This document shows, one piece after another, positions 1 to 8,921 of a DNA stretch of 51,319 nucleotides. Location of the stretch: assembly GCA_964354855.1 (NCBI GenBank), contig CAYHBO010000006.1:1-51319 (forward strand), given 5' to 3'. Source of the stretch: an uncultured Pseudomonadota bacterium (lineage in GTDB: Bacteria; Babelota; Babeliae; Babelales; RVW-14). Each line of letters begins with the position of its first letter. Within the stretch, counting starts at the first letter, position 1. The notes below the pieces were generated by a model, which searched no databases, was not told the DNA's origin, and saw nothing but the letters and a program-made list of their open reading frames with translations. The position numbers and the translations under genes are program-made.

Positions 1-86
1 TAGATACAGTTAAAAAGCCTATAGTTATTAATCCTCCTCACCATAAAAGTAACACGATCGAGGACTGGGGACTAGGCTACATGTAA
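1..86 (+). CDS. Possible 3' end of an upstream gene (partial)
   Basis: Frame starting at 3 is open to TAA at 84-86 (DTVKKPIVINPPHHKSNTIEDWGLGYM*). Too short to identify. Confidence 0.25.
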   Translation, partial: DTVKKPIVINPPHHKSNTIEDWGLGYM

Positions 87-207
87 GAAGTAATGATATT
101 GTGAGCCACCACAATGTTTTTGCCGTGTAGATATAACCGACGGAAGACTGCAAAATTGCGCATGATACCGACAAATGATAATTAAAAACTACTTTTTAAC
201 ACAACAG

Positions 208-284
208 AAAAAGGCTCCAAGTGTAAAGTCATTTTTCCTTTGGAGCCTCCAAACGAAGAATAACTTTACACTTGGAGCCTTTTT
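208..284. repeat. 77-bp near-perfect palindrome
   Basis: AAAAAGGCTCCAAGTGTAAAGT (208-229) is the exact reverse complement of 263-284. Pairing continues inward to the centre (246) with 2 mismatches and 1 G:T. Confidence 0.9.
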
Positions 285-323
285 ACCAGTTTTTCAAAAC
301 TCATCCCACCAAATCCCATTGCA

Positions 324-352
324 TAGACAATTCGACTGACACGGGATACCCT
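324..352 (+). promoter_or_regulatory. Putative sigma70 promoter for the AAA/PD-(D/E)XK gene
   Basis: TAGACA-N17-TACCCT, ending 38 nt upstream of ATG 391. Consensus match only. Confidence 0.3.
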
Positions 353-390
353 AATGGTTTATTTATTTTATGATCATAAAGGGTACGTTT

Positions 391-2100
391 ATGAAGCTGA
401 TCGCCACCGGAAGCAGTAATTTTAAAGAAATTATCGAAGGCAATTACTTTTATGTTGATAAAACGTTACTGATCAAAGAACTTGCAGAAAACGGCTCCGC
501 AGTTATTTTATTCCCTCGTCCACGACGCTTTGGCAAAACCTTAAATCTTTCCATGCTTCAGTACTTTTATGAGAAAACAGAACAAAGCAATCAACATCTT
601 TTTGAAAATACCGCTATCTGGCAAGAAGAGAAATATCGCAACGAACAGGGTACTTGGCCGGTCATCTCCATCACGCTTAAAGACGTCAAACTTGAATCTT
701 GGGATGAAGCGTATGCAAAACTCACCGAAATTATTAGTTCTGAATTTGAACGGCATGAACATATTCTTGCTCATAAAATAATTGACGAACTCAGTCGTAA
801 AAAATTTCAAGCCCTCTTAAACAAAAGCGCAGATGAAACAGCTTTTGGATCTAGTTTACAGTGGCTCAGCCAATTACTATTCAAGATCTATAAAAAACAA
901 GCTATCGTGCTCATCGATGAATATGATGCCCCTATCCATGCCGCTTATCTGAACGGATACTATGATGAGATGCTTAATTTCATGCGACCATTACTTTCTG
1001 GCGTTCTCAAGGACAACAATTTTTTACATCGAGGCATTTTAACCGGCATCATGCGCGTTGCCAAAGAAGGAATCTTTTCAGGCCTTAACAACATCATCGT
1101 CTACAGTATGCTTGAAGACCGTTTTAACCACGCTTTCGGTTTTACCCAAGAAGAAGTTGATGATGCTTTAACGGCATACAACTTGCAAGCCCATCGAGAT
1201 GCCATCAAACAATGGTACAACGGCTATCAAAGCGGCGACATCACCGTTTACAACCCTTGGTCGGTGGTTAATTGCCTCCAAGAGCGCGGTAAACTTAAAT
1301 ATTATTGGCTCAATACCAGTGATAATGCTCTAGTAAAAAGAGAAATTGCATCTTGCAGTGATGAAGTTTATGCAGCACTTGAAACCTTACTCGATCGACA
1401 ATCAGTTGCCATTTCAATCGAAGACAGCATCACCTTGCCTGACCTAGGTCTAACAACGACTTCTGGACTCAGAAAAAAAGAAAATGCGGTATGGACGTTA
1501 CTCTTTTACTCAGGCTATTTAACATACCTCTCCTATAAACTTGATGAGATCAGAGGACAATTTATTTGCACCCTCAGAATTCCTAACGATGAGATTAGAA
1601 CGCTTTATAAAAATCTTATCACCGAATCAGTCTCCAATTTCTCTCCTGCAAAAGAGATAACTCAACTACAAAGTGCACTACAAGACGGCAATGCTCTTAA
1701 ATTTGCCACCCTTCTCCAAAAATTTGTGCTACAAAGCGCATCGTCTCGTGATTTACCTTTTGATGAATGCGAACGCAATATTCACCTGTTTGTTTTAGGT
1801 ATTTTGGTATTGTTTGAAAACCTGTATTCCGTTAGATCTAATCGAGAATCTGGGTATGGCATTTACGACATCATGCTCATCCCCAAAGACCCTTCCTATG
1901 CTGGCTGGGTGGTTGAGTTTAAAAAAGTTGACCTTGATATGAGTGAAAAAATAGAAAAAATCGTAGACGTCGCCCTTGCACAGATTAAATCACGAGAATA
2001 CGCTACCGAACTGCGCGCTCAGGGCGTCACCAACATCATCGCAGTTGGCATTGCCGTTGAAGGAAAAAAGCTTTTAATCAAACACGAAAAAATCCTATAA
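391..2100 (+). CDS. AAA-ATPase-like domain protein with C-terminal PD-(D/E)XK nuclease (AAA-ATPase_like + PDDEXK_9 type)
   Basis: YFYVDKT, PRPRRFGKTLNLSML (Walker A), VLIDEYDAP (Walker B), LTGI, FSGLNN, WYNGY, YNPWS; C-terminal SNRESGYG..DIML..VVEFK..ALAQI..Y. Start 391 preferred over 370 (AAGGG upstream). Confidence 0.9.
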   Translation: MKLIATGSSNFKEIIEGNYFYVDKTLLIKELAENGSAVILFPRPRRFGKTLNLSMLQYFYEKTEQSNQHLFENTAIWQEEKYRNEQGTWPVISITLKDVKLESWDEAYAKLTEIISSEFERHEHILAHKIIDELSRKKFQALLNKSADETAFGSSLQWLSQLLFKIYKKQAIVLIDEYDAPIHAAYLNGYYDEMLNFMRPLLSGVLKDNNFLHRGILTGIMRVAKEGIFSGLNNIIVYSMLEDRFNHAFGFTQEEVDDALTAYNLQAHRDAIKQWYNGYQSGDITVYNPWSVVNCLQERGKLKYYWLNTSDNALVKREIASCSDEVYAALETLLDRQSVAISIEDSITLPDLGLTTTSGLRKKENAVWTLLFYSGYLTYLSYKLDEIRGQFICTLRIPNDEIRTLYKNLITESVSNFSPAKEITQLQSALQDGNALKFATLLQKFVLQSASSRDLPFDECERNIHLFVLGILVLFENLYSVRSNRESGYGIYDIMLIPKDPSYAGWVVEFKKVDLDMSEKIEKIVDVALAQIKSREYATELRAQGVTNIIAVGIAVEGKKLLIKHEKIL

Positions 2101-3399
2101 CCCTCGGACAAACTCATCGACATGTTGTTCAACCTGCTTAGCCGCCTGCTCAAGCCATAATCCAGCACAAGCACCCCGCTTAGCTAACGCTCTTGGATCT
2201 TTCAACAGAGCCGTAACGGTCTCAATAAGCTTTTCTGGCGACATGACTTTCACCAAGCCCCCGACTTGCTCAAGTTCATCAGCGATTACTTGGCTATTGT
2301 GGTAGTACGGGCCAACGATGGTTGGATTGCCCCACATCGCCGGTTCGAGAAGATTATGTCCACCAATCGGTACAAAAGTTCCGCCCAGGAAGAATAAATC
2401 GGCTAACGGATACACTTCAAACAATTTGCCAATCGTACAAATCAACACGATATCGTTCTTATCCAAAAGCTCCTGTGTAACAGGAATTGTTGGATTATCA
2501 ACCAACACATACGAAACCCCAAGTTTTTTGATCGCTTGCACTAATGCACCCTGCCAATGAAAATGACGTGGTGCTAAAATAAGTTTGAGTGTTGGAAACG
2601 TTGGTTTTAGAGCTTTGAAAAGATCGAGATACAAGATGAGTTCTGGTTGATGCAATGAGCCTACCAGGAGGGTTAGCCCGCCGTCGCTCCCCTCTACTCG
2701 CGTTGCTCCATCGGGGCGAACGGCAAGAGTAAGCGCATTCTTCTTCACCAACACATTAAACGCTTTGATATTCCCCAAGTCAGACACCCTACCAGCATCA
2801 ACACCTACCGACTCGAAAGCTTCTTTTTCCTGCGCCGTCTGCGCATAGATGTGTTTAAACGTACGCAACATTGGCACTACCAAAGCTTTTCTAAAACTAT
2901 TTTTATAGGCAGAGCTTTGTATAATGCGCGCATTAACCAGGTAAGCAGGAATACGCTTAAGTGCTGCAACCATCAAAAGATTAGGCCACAGTTCAGCTTC
3001 GATAATAATAAGTTTGGCAGGCTTAATGCGACTAAATCCAAGAAGAACAAATGGTAAAAAATCAAAAGGCAAAAATGACACCGTATCAGCAGACAAATAC
3101 TCACACGCCATTTTCTTTCCTCCTGGTGTCCCGGTCGTCAGATATACCCATGTTGTAGGATCATGTTGTTTAATCTTGACTACAAGTTCTTGGGTGGCCA
3201 GCACTTCACCAACGCTCACCGCGTGAATCCAAATAATTTTTTTGCCCTGCGGCGCCTTAGGCACAAAACCCATACGTTCATGAAACACACCAAACACCGG
3301 TTTACCTCGCCACCAACGCAGTCCCAAGTACATGATAATCACGGGAAGAATAATGATAGAAAGTAGTTGATAGATAATAAAATAGAAAATAAGAATCAT
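2095..3399 (-). CDS. waaA: 3-deoxy-D-manno-octulosonic acid (Kdo) transferase
   Basis: N-terminal TM helix, IWIHAVSVGE, LPFD, EAELWPN, VNARI, LAPRH, FLGGTF..GGHNLLEPA motifs. Confidence 0.93.
   Translation of the reverse strand: MILIFYFIIYQLLSIIILPVIIMYLGLRWWRGKPVFGVFHERMGFVPKAPQGKKIIWIHAVSVGEVLATQELVVKIKQHDPTTWVYLTTGTPGGKKMACEYLSADTVSFLPFDFLPFVLLGFSRIKPAKLIIIEAELWPNLLMVAALKRIPAYLVNARIIQSSAYKNSFRKALVVPMLRTFKHIYAQTAQEKEAFESVGVDAGRVSDLGNIKAFNVLVKKNALTLAVRPDGATRVEGSDGGLTLLVGSLHQPELILYLDLFKALKPTFPTLKLILAPRHFHWQGALVQAIKKLGVSYVLVDNPTIPVTQELLDKNDIVLICTIGKLFEVYPLADLFFLGGTFVPIGGHNLLEPAMWGNPTIVGPYYHNSQVIADELEQVGGLVKVMSPEKLIETVTALLKDPRALAKRGACAGLWLEQAAKQVEQHVDEFVRGL
2680..2724 (-). repeat. GC-rich imperfect palindrome, possible in-frame REP-like insertion in waaA
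   Basis: 45 bp, 32 G+C. Minus strand GCCGTTCGCCCC...GGGGAGCGACGGC; exactly 15 codons (AVRPDGATRVEGSDG). Confidence 0.45.
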
Positions 3400-3427
3400 G
3401 GGAGAAAACTGTTCGTTACCTATTTGA

Positions 3428-3517
3428 TTGTCATCCTGAACTTGTTTCAGGATCTAATCAAAATAATAAAAATTTACATAAAAAAACTTGGATCCTGAAA
3501 CAAGTTCAGGATGACAA
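3428..3517. repeat. REP-like inverted dimer ((C/T)GTC-tagged palindromic repeat)
   Basis: Perfect 27-bp inverted repeat TTGTCATCCTGAACTTGTTTCAGGATC (3428-3454 / 3491-3517) around an A-rich spacer. Each arm is itself a hairpin (ATCCTGAA/TTCAGGAT). Confidence 0.85.
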
Positions 3518-3529
3518 GATGCTTTTGAC

Positions 3530-3567
3530 GCATCTCAGTGCCTGCAGAGCAACAAACACCGAGATGC
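3530..3567 (-). other. Stem-loop downstream of ctpA
   Basis: Minus strand GCATCTCGGTGTTTG/CAGGCACTGAGATGC, a 15-bp stem with G:U pairs. No U-tract follows, so it may be an mRNA stabiliser or weak terminator. Confidence 0.5.
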
Positions 3568-3592
3568 AAACTATCAGGTTTCCGAAATAAGT

Positions 3593-5305
3593 CTATTTTA
3601 CTTTCTCAACTGAACTAATCGTATCGGTCAAATAATTTTTCTTTAAGAAAATCAATTCATTTGCACGCGTTTCATTGAGAACAGAATCAGCTTTTTTGGC
3701 AATGTTCAACAAATTAATCATGTTAACACTGGCTTGGATTTGCACATCCAACGCAATAGCCTCACGTTGCTTTTCTTCTGGACTCTTTTTATCAGTTTTC
3801 TCATCACTACTATCACCATCAGATTCTTTAGCTGATACATCTACCGCTTGCTCTACAGGTTTATTTTCTTCACTGTTACCACCTATAAAATGCTGCCAGA
3901 AGCTTTTTTTATCTTCTTTGATTTTGCCTTTTTTATCAGGAGTATTTCCATGTTCAACTTCTTCAACGGTAATATGATTTTTTAACGCTGACTCTTTACC
4001 ATAAAGCTCATTGATCCATTTCATTTCTTCTTCAGGAATAGCTTTTGGTTTAATCATAAAGTCTGGGGTAATTCCTTTTGCTTGAATCGATGTATCATCA
4101 GGCAAGTAGTAAAGCATAGTGGTAATCTTTACCGCACAGCCATTTTTAACCGGTACCAGCTCCTGCACAGAACCTTTCCCAAAAGTAGTTGTTCCCACCA
4201 AGAAAACACGCAGATTTTTTTGACCATTATTTTTTTCAGCATGATGCTTAAGTGCTCCTGCAAGAATTTCTGAAGCAGAAGCGGTAAAGTTATCAATCAA
4301 AATAAAAATAGGTACATCACTTTTCAGCACCGGCTCACGATTAGTACGATATTCTTGAATCAATGCACCTTTTTTATTTTTGGTTGATACCACTAATGAT
4401 CCTTTATCTAAGAACAACCCTGCCATGGCAATCGCGGAATCCATAGTCCCACCGGGGTTACGACGTAGATCAAGAATAAGCCCCTTACATTTTCCTTCAT
4501 TTGCTTTGACCAATAAGTCTTCCATTTGTTTTGCAGCAATTTCATTGAAAATCTTAAGGGAGAGGAAATAAACATCTTGCTCGATAAATCGGTAGCACAT
4601 AGAGGTTTGATCTTTAACAATACCTCGTGTAATCGTAAAGCTTAATGGCTGTTTTTTATTGCGTAACACTTTAATCGTAACCTTAGTTCCTGTTTTACCT
4701 TTCAGTTTGCCTACCACTTCATCAGTCGACAAACCGCGTAATGAATAACCATCAACCTGCACAATCCTATCACCTGGATGCATCCCCACTTTAGCTGCCG
4801 GGCCACCATCAATGACATCAACAATTGCCAGCGCTTCATCATCCGTCGTTTTACCATTAATACTCACCCCAATCCCTGAAAATTCACCTGAGGTTGACTC
4901 CATGACCGTTTTAAAACTATCAGGAGAAAAGAAGGTTGAGTGTGCATCGATACTTGCTACAGCGGCTTTTAACGCATTTTGTATATACTTCTCAACATCA
5001 ATACCCCGTAATGATTTTTCTTCAATCAGCGAAAGAATTTCGGCAAACATTTGTAACTGAGCATAGGCCGCCCCCTCTTCAGAAGCAGTCTTTTTTTTAT
5101 CTTTTTTTATTACTTTTTTTTGCACTGTTTTTTTTGCTTCATCTTTTGATTTACCCCACCAATGCCACCATGAGCCGGCAAGGTTAGTTGTTTTTTTTTC
5201 TTGCGCTTGTTGTAGAACTTGATCTGCTGTTGCTACGTATGCATGAAACACCAGTGAACAACTCAACATCACACTTGTGATAATAATTTTTTTTGCGGTA
5301 ATCAC
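3593..5305 (-). CDS. ctpA: Carboxyl-terminal processing protease (S41A, PDZ domain)
   Basis: Signal peptide, DAHS, GEFSGIG, PDZ (GGPAAKVGMHPGDRI), LILDLRRNPGG, TASASEILAGAL, TTFGKGSVQ, IQAKGITPD. Confidence 0.93.
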   Translation of the reverse strand: MITAKKIIITSVMLSCSLVFHAYVATADQVLQQAQEKKTTNLAGSWWHWWGKSKDEAKKTVQKKVIKKDKKKTASEEGAAYAQLQMFAEILSLIEEKSLRGIDVEKYIQNALKAAVASIDAHSTFFSPDSFKTVMESTSGEFSGIGVSINGKTTDDEALAIVDVIDGGPAAKVGMHPGDRIVQVDGYSLRGLSTDEVVGKLKGKTGTKVTIKVLRNKKQPLSFTITRGIVKDQTSMCYRFIEQDVYFLSLKIFNEIAAKQMEDLLVKANEGKCKGLILDLRRNPGGTMDSAIAMAGLFLDKGSLVVSTKNKKGALIQEYRTNREPVLKSDVPIFILIDNFTASASEILAGALKHHAEKNNGQKNLRVFLVGTTTFGKGSVQELVPVKNGCAVKITTMLYYLPDDTSIQAKGITPDFMIKPKAIPEEEMKWINELYGKESALKNHITVEEVEHGNTPDKKGKIKEDKKSFWQHFIGGNSEENKPVEQAVDVSAKESDGDSSDEKTDKKSPEEKQREAIALDVQIQASVNMINLLNIAKKADSVLNETRANELIFLKKNYLTDTISSVEKVK

Positions 5306-5396
5306 AGTTTCCCCTTCTTTACAAATAACTCATTACTACTCTATGCTCTTCATAAGTAGGGTAAAGATCAAACAAATTCATAGCAAGCAATGACAC

Positions 5397-5687
5397 ATGA
5401 AAATACGATTTATTCTACATAGCATCATTCTTAGCGCACTATGCGGCAGCTTCTTTTATCATTTGTACTACACAAAAAATGGCTTAAAAGCACATCGAGA
5501 ACTTTGTACTGAAGTTGAAGCAACAAAAGAACAGCAATCAAAGCTACAGCATCAGATTGCATCACTTGAAGCTGAACTTCATGAGTGGCAAACGGATACA
5601 TTTGTTAAAGAAAAAGTTGCACGCGAAGATTTGTTGTACTCATACACCAATGAGCATGTGTACCTGATTCCACGTGCAACGACATAA
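5397..5687 (+). CDS. ftsB: Septum formation initiator FtsB/DivIC family
   Basis: One N-terminal TM helix, KNGL, coiled coil, EKVAREDL..Y...NE.VY. Confidence 0.75.
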   Translation: MKIRFILHSIILSALCGSFFYHLYYTKNGLKAHRELCTEVEATKEQQSKLQHQIASLEAELHEWQTDTFVKEKVAREDLLYSYTNEHVYLIPRATT

Positions 5688-5743
5688 GAAATATCCTGAC
5701 AATATCAAGATCTTTAAGTATACTGAGCTTTTCATCTAAAAAT

Positions 5744-5769
5744 GGATCCCCGCATACGCGAGGATGACG
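5744..5769 (-). repeat. Solo CGTC-tagged REP-like palindrome
   Basis: Minus strand CGTC-ATCCTCGC-GTAT-GCGGGGAT-CC; same architecture as the arms at 3428-3517. Confidence 0.7.
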
Positions 5770-5812
5770 TAAATGGAATAATTTGATCACTATTCTTAAG
5801 GGTATGATGACC

Positions 5813-7315
5813 ATGAGTAATCGAGAAAACCACGTTAATACCGTTGAACACGTTTCAGAAGAACATACAGCCCGTGTAGCCAAAGTAAAACACCTTCAAG
5901 AAAAGGGTATAAGTGCTTGGCCAGCTTCACAAGAAGTTACCAGCACCGCTCAAAACGCCATCGACGCGTTTGAAAAAGACCCTGCGTCAACAGCATCCTA
6001 TAAAATTGCTGGCAGACTTATGCTCATCCGTGATCATGGCAAAACATTTTTTGCAAAGCTTCAAGACCGTTCTGGAACCATTCAGTTGTACATCAAGCAG
6101 GACGTCATTGGGATTGAACTATTTGAAGAGTTCAAACGAGACATCGATACCGGCGACATTGTTTTTGTTCATGGAACCGTTTTCTTAACCAAAACCGGTG
6201 AAAAAACTCTTAGAGTTGAATCACTAAAACTATTAAGCAAATGCTTACACCCATTACCTGAAAAATTTCACGGGTTAGTTGATGTTGAACAACGCTACCG
6301 TCAACGTTATCTCGATTTAATGGTTAACCCTGAAACAGCTGCAAAGTTCCGTTATCGTTCACGCATCATTCAAGAAATTCGCGCTTTCTTACAAGGACAT
6401 GATTTCCTTGAAGTTGAAACACCAATGCTTCACCCCATTCCTGGTGGTGCAGCCGCAAAACCGTTTACCACCCATCACAATGCTTATGACATGCAACTTT
6501 TTCTACGCATTGCACCTGAACTATACCTTAAGCGCTTAGTCGTTGGTGGCTTTGAACGCGTATTTGAAATTAACCGTAACTTTCGTAACGAAGGTATTTC
6601 TACCCGCCACAACCCTGAATTCACCATGCTTGAATTTTATATGGCTCATGGCAACTACCTTGATGGTATGTCATTAACCGAACAACTTATTCAAGATGCT
6701 GTTAAGAAAAATTTTGATTCATTAGAAATACCATTTCAAAGTCATGTACTTAATTTCACCGCCCCATTTAAACGCTTAACACTTGAAGAATCTCTCATCG
6801 AAATCGGTGGCCTTGATAAGAAAGATTTACAAGCTGATACCATTAAAGCAATGGTAAAAAAGCACAATATCGAAATTCCAGGTAATCCTGACCACGGCAT
6901 CATGCTCTTCTCATTGTTTGAGGCTTTAGTTGAACACAAAATTATTCAACCAACCTTTATAATTGGGTACCCTCTTTCCATATCCCCATTGGCTAAACGC
7001 GATGCAACCAATCCAAATTTTGCAGCACGTTTTGAACTGTTCATGGTAAGCATGGAATTGGCAAACGGCTTCTCTGAACTTAATGATCCATTCGATCAGG
7101 CTGACCGCTTTAAAGGACAAGTTGCTTCACGTAATGCTGGCGACCAAGAAGCACATCATTATGATGCTGACTACATCCACGCATTGGAATACGGCTTACC
7201 TCCAACGGTTGGCGTCGGCATTGGGCTTGATCGCTTAGTTATGTTGCTGACCAACACACCATCGATTAAGGATGTTATTTTATTTCCGACCCTTAAGCCA
7301 ACACACCACGAGTAG
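5813..7315 (+). CDS. lysS: Lysine--tRNA ligase (class II)
   Basis: OB fold, LPEKFHGL.D.EQRYRQRYLDL, FLEVETPML, LRIAPELYLKRL, FRNEG, RHNPEFT, GLPPTVGVGIGLDRL. Start could be 5804, 5807 or 5813. Confidence 0.97.
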   Translation: MSNRENHVNTVEHVSEEHTARVAKVKHLQEKGISAWPASQEVTSTAQNAIDAFEKDPASTASYKIAGRLMLIRDHGKTFFAKLQDRSGTIQLYIKQDVIGIELFEEFKRDIDTGDIVFVHGTVFLTKTGEKTLRVESLKLLSKCLHPLPEKFHGLVDVEQRYRQRYLDLMVNPETAAKFRYRSRIIQEIRAFLQGHDFLEVETPMLHPIPGGAAAKPFTTHHNAYDMQLFLRIAPELYLKRLVVGGFERVFEINRNFRNEGISTRHNPEFTMLEFYMAHGNYLDGMSLTEQLIQDAVKKNFDSLEIPFQSHVLNFTAPFKRLTLEESLIEIGGLDKKDLQADTIKAMVKKHNIEIPGNPDHGIMLFSLFEALVEHKIIQPTFIIGYPLSISPLAKRDATNPNFAARFELFMVSMELANGFSELNDPFDQADRFKGQVASRNAGDQEAHHYDADYIHALEYGLPPTVGVGIGLDRLVMLLTNTPSIKDVILFPTLKPTHHE

Positions 7316-7352
7316 AAGATACAAAACGGAGAAAAGAGAAGAAGAGGATCCC

Positions 7353-8921
7353 ATGAAATTTTTTAATACGGCTGGACCAATTAATCCTAATGACCATTAC
7401 TATATTCCTGGTCGTTTGAATGAATTAATATTACGTCAACTCGTTGAAGAAAAAAAATACTTCATTCTTCATGCTCCACGTCAAAGTGGTAAAACAACTG
7501 CTATCAGAGAGTTTGTAAAAAAATTAAATCAGGAAGACAAATTCAAAGCTTTCTATATCAATGTTGAAGGCGCACAGGCATCTAGAAGCAATTACATTGA
7601 AGGGCTACGCACCATCTTAAATAGATTCAAAGCGGGCATTATCGAATATTTTGGCACTCAAGACCCCGCCATTGTCTACCTCCAACAATTTGAAAGCACC
7701 AACCAAACATTATCAGGAAATGCTTTATACGAATTTTTACAATTTTGGTCGCAACACTCACCTAAACCAATTCTCCTCTTTATCGATGAAATCGACTCAT
7801 TGGTTGGCGATACGTTAATTTCAGTCCTTCGACAACTGCGTGATGGTTACACAACACGACCAAGTGCGTTTCCTCAATCTATCTGCCTAGTCGGTGTACG
7901 TGATGTACGTGATTACCTCATCTGGTCTGACAAAGAACAAAAAAGTATTCAGGGCGGCAGCGCCTTTAACATCAAGGCAGAAAGTCTTGTCTTGTTAAGT
8001 TTTACCCGAGAACAGGTTCGCAATCTCTACCTACAACATACAACAGAAACAGAACAACACTTTGATGAAGATGCAATTAACTATGCCTTTGAACAAACCC
8101 AGGGACAACCATGGCTCGTAAATGCTCTCGCTTATCAAGCCTGTTTCAGAGATATTGTTGATCGATCACAACGAATTACCCTTGATGTTATAGAACGAGC
8201 AAGAGAAGCACTTATAAAACGCATGGATACACATCTTGACGTTTTAGTTTCAAGATTGCACGAAAAGCGGGTCCATGACGTTGTCAGTGATATTATTCTT
8301 GGCGAAGGAACAGGCAAACAGATCAGTAACGATGATCTCCAATATGTCATCGACCTTGGCTTAATCAATCCACAAGGTACCTGCATTGCAAATCCCATTT
8401 ATCAAGAAATTATTCCACGAGCCCTTGTTCATGTTAAGCAAACCCGTATGCTGCAACAAACAAGCTGGTATGTTGCTCAAGATGGTCGTCTTGACATCAT
8501 GAAACTCCTTGAAGCATTCACGCAATTTTATCGAGAAAACATAGATCTCTGGCTCGAAGAAACATTTTTTAAAGAAGTCGCACCACATTTGCTACTCATG
8601 GCCTTCCTTCAACGCATCATCAATGGTGGCGGAAGTATTAATCGAGAATATGCTTTAGGTCGAGGACGTGTTGATCTTCTCATTGTATGGAACTATGGCA
8701 ATGGGCAAAAGCAACGTATCGTTATTGAGCTCAAGATCTGGCGTAGTGAAAAAACACTTACTGACGGCATTGAACAAACAGAAAATTACATGACCACCTC
8801 TAATACCACCGAAGGACACTTAGTTATCTTCGATCAATCTGCACATAAAAGTTGGGATGAAAAAATATACCAACGCACCGAAACATTTAATGCTAAAACC
8901 ATTCACGTCTGGGGATTATGA
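7353..8921 (+). CDS. AAA-like ATPase with C-terminal PD-(D/E)XK nuclease domain
   Basis: MKFFNTAGP start after GAGG, LHAPRQSGKTT (Walker A), LFIDEIDSL (Walker B), TQGQPWLVN, REYALGRGRVDL..VIELK..Q...Y. Confidence 0.88.
   Translation: MKFFNTAGPINPNDHYYIPGRLNELILRQLVEEKKYFILHAPRQSGKTTAIREFVKKLNQEDKFKAFYINVEGAQASRSNYIEGLRTILNRFKAGIIEYFGTQDPAIVYLQQFESTNQTLSGNALYEFLQFWSQHSPKPILLFIDEIDSLVGDTLISVLRQLRDGYTTRPSAFPQSICLVGVRDVRDYLIWSDKEQKSIQGGSAFNIKAESLVLLSFTREQVRNLYLQHTTETEQHFDEDAINYAFEQTQGQPWLVNALAYQACFRDIVDRSQRITLDVIERAREALIKRMDTHLDVLVSRLHEKRVHDVVSDIILGEGTGKQISNDDLQYVIDLGLINPQGTCIANPIYQEIIPRALVHVKQTRMLQQTSWYVAQDGRLDIMKLLEAFTQFYRENIDLWLEETFFKEVAPHLLLMAFLQRIINGGGSINREYALGRGRVDLLIVWNYGNGQKQRIVIELKIWRSEKTLTDGIEQTENYMTTSNTTEGHLVIFDQSAHKSWDEKIYQRTETFNAKTIHVWGL

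Noticed and set aside
3428-3567. Palindromes as a CRISPR array or IS ends
   Set aside because: The repeats are inverted rather than direct with spacers, and no cas or transposase gene is nearby.
5605-5883. 92-aa minus-strand ORF containing RHPRVCGDP
   Set aside because: It overlaps ftsB and lysS in antisense, and the motif is just the translation of the REP-like palindrome.
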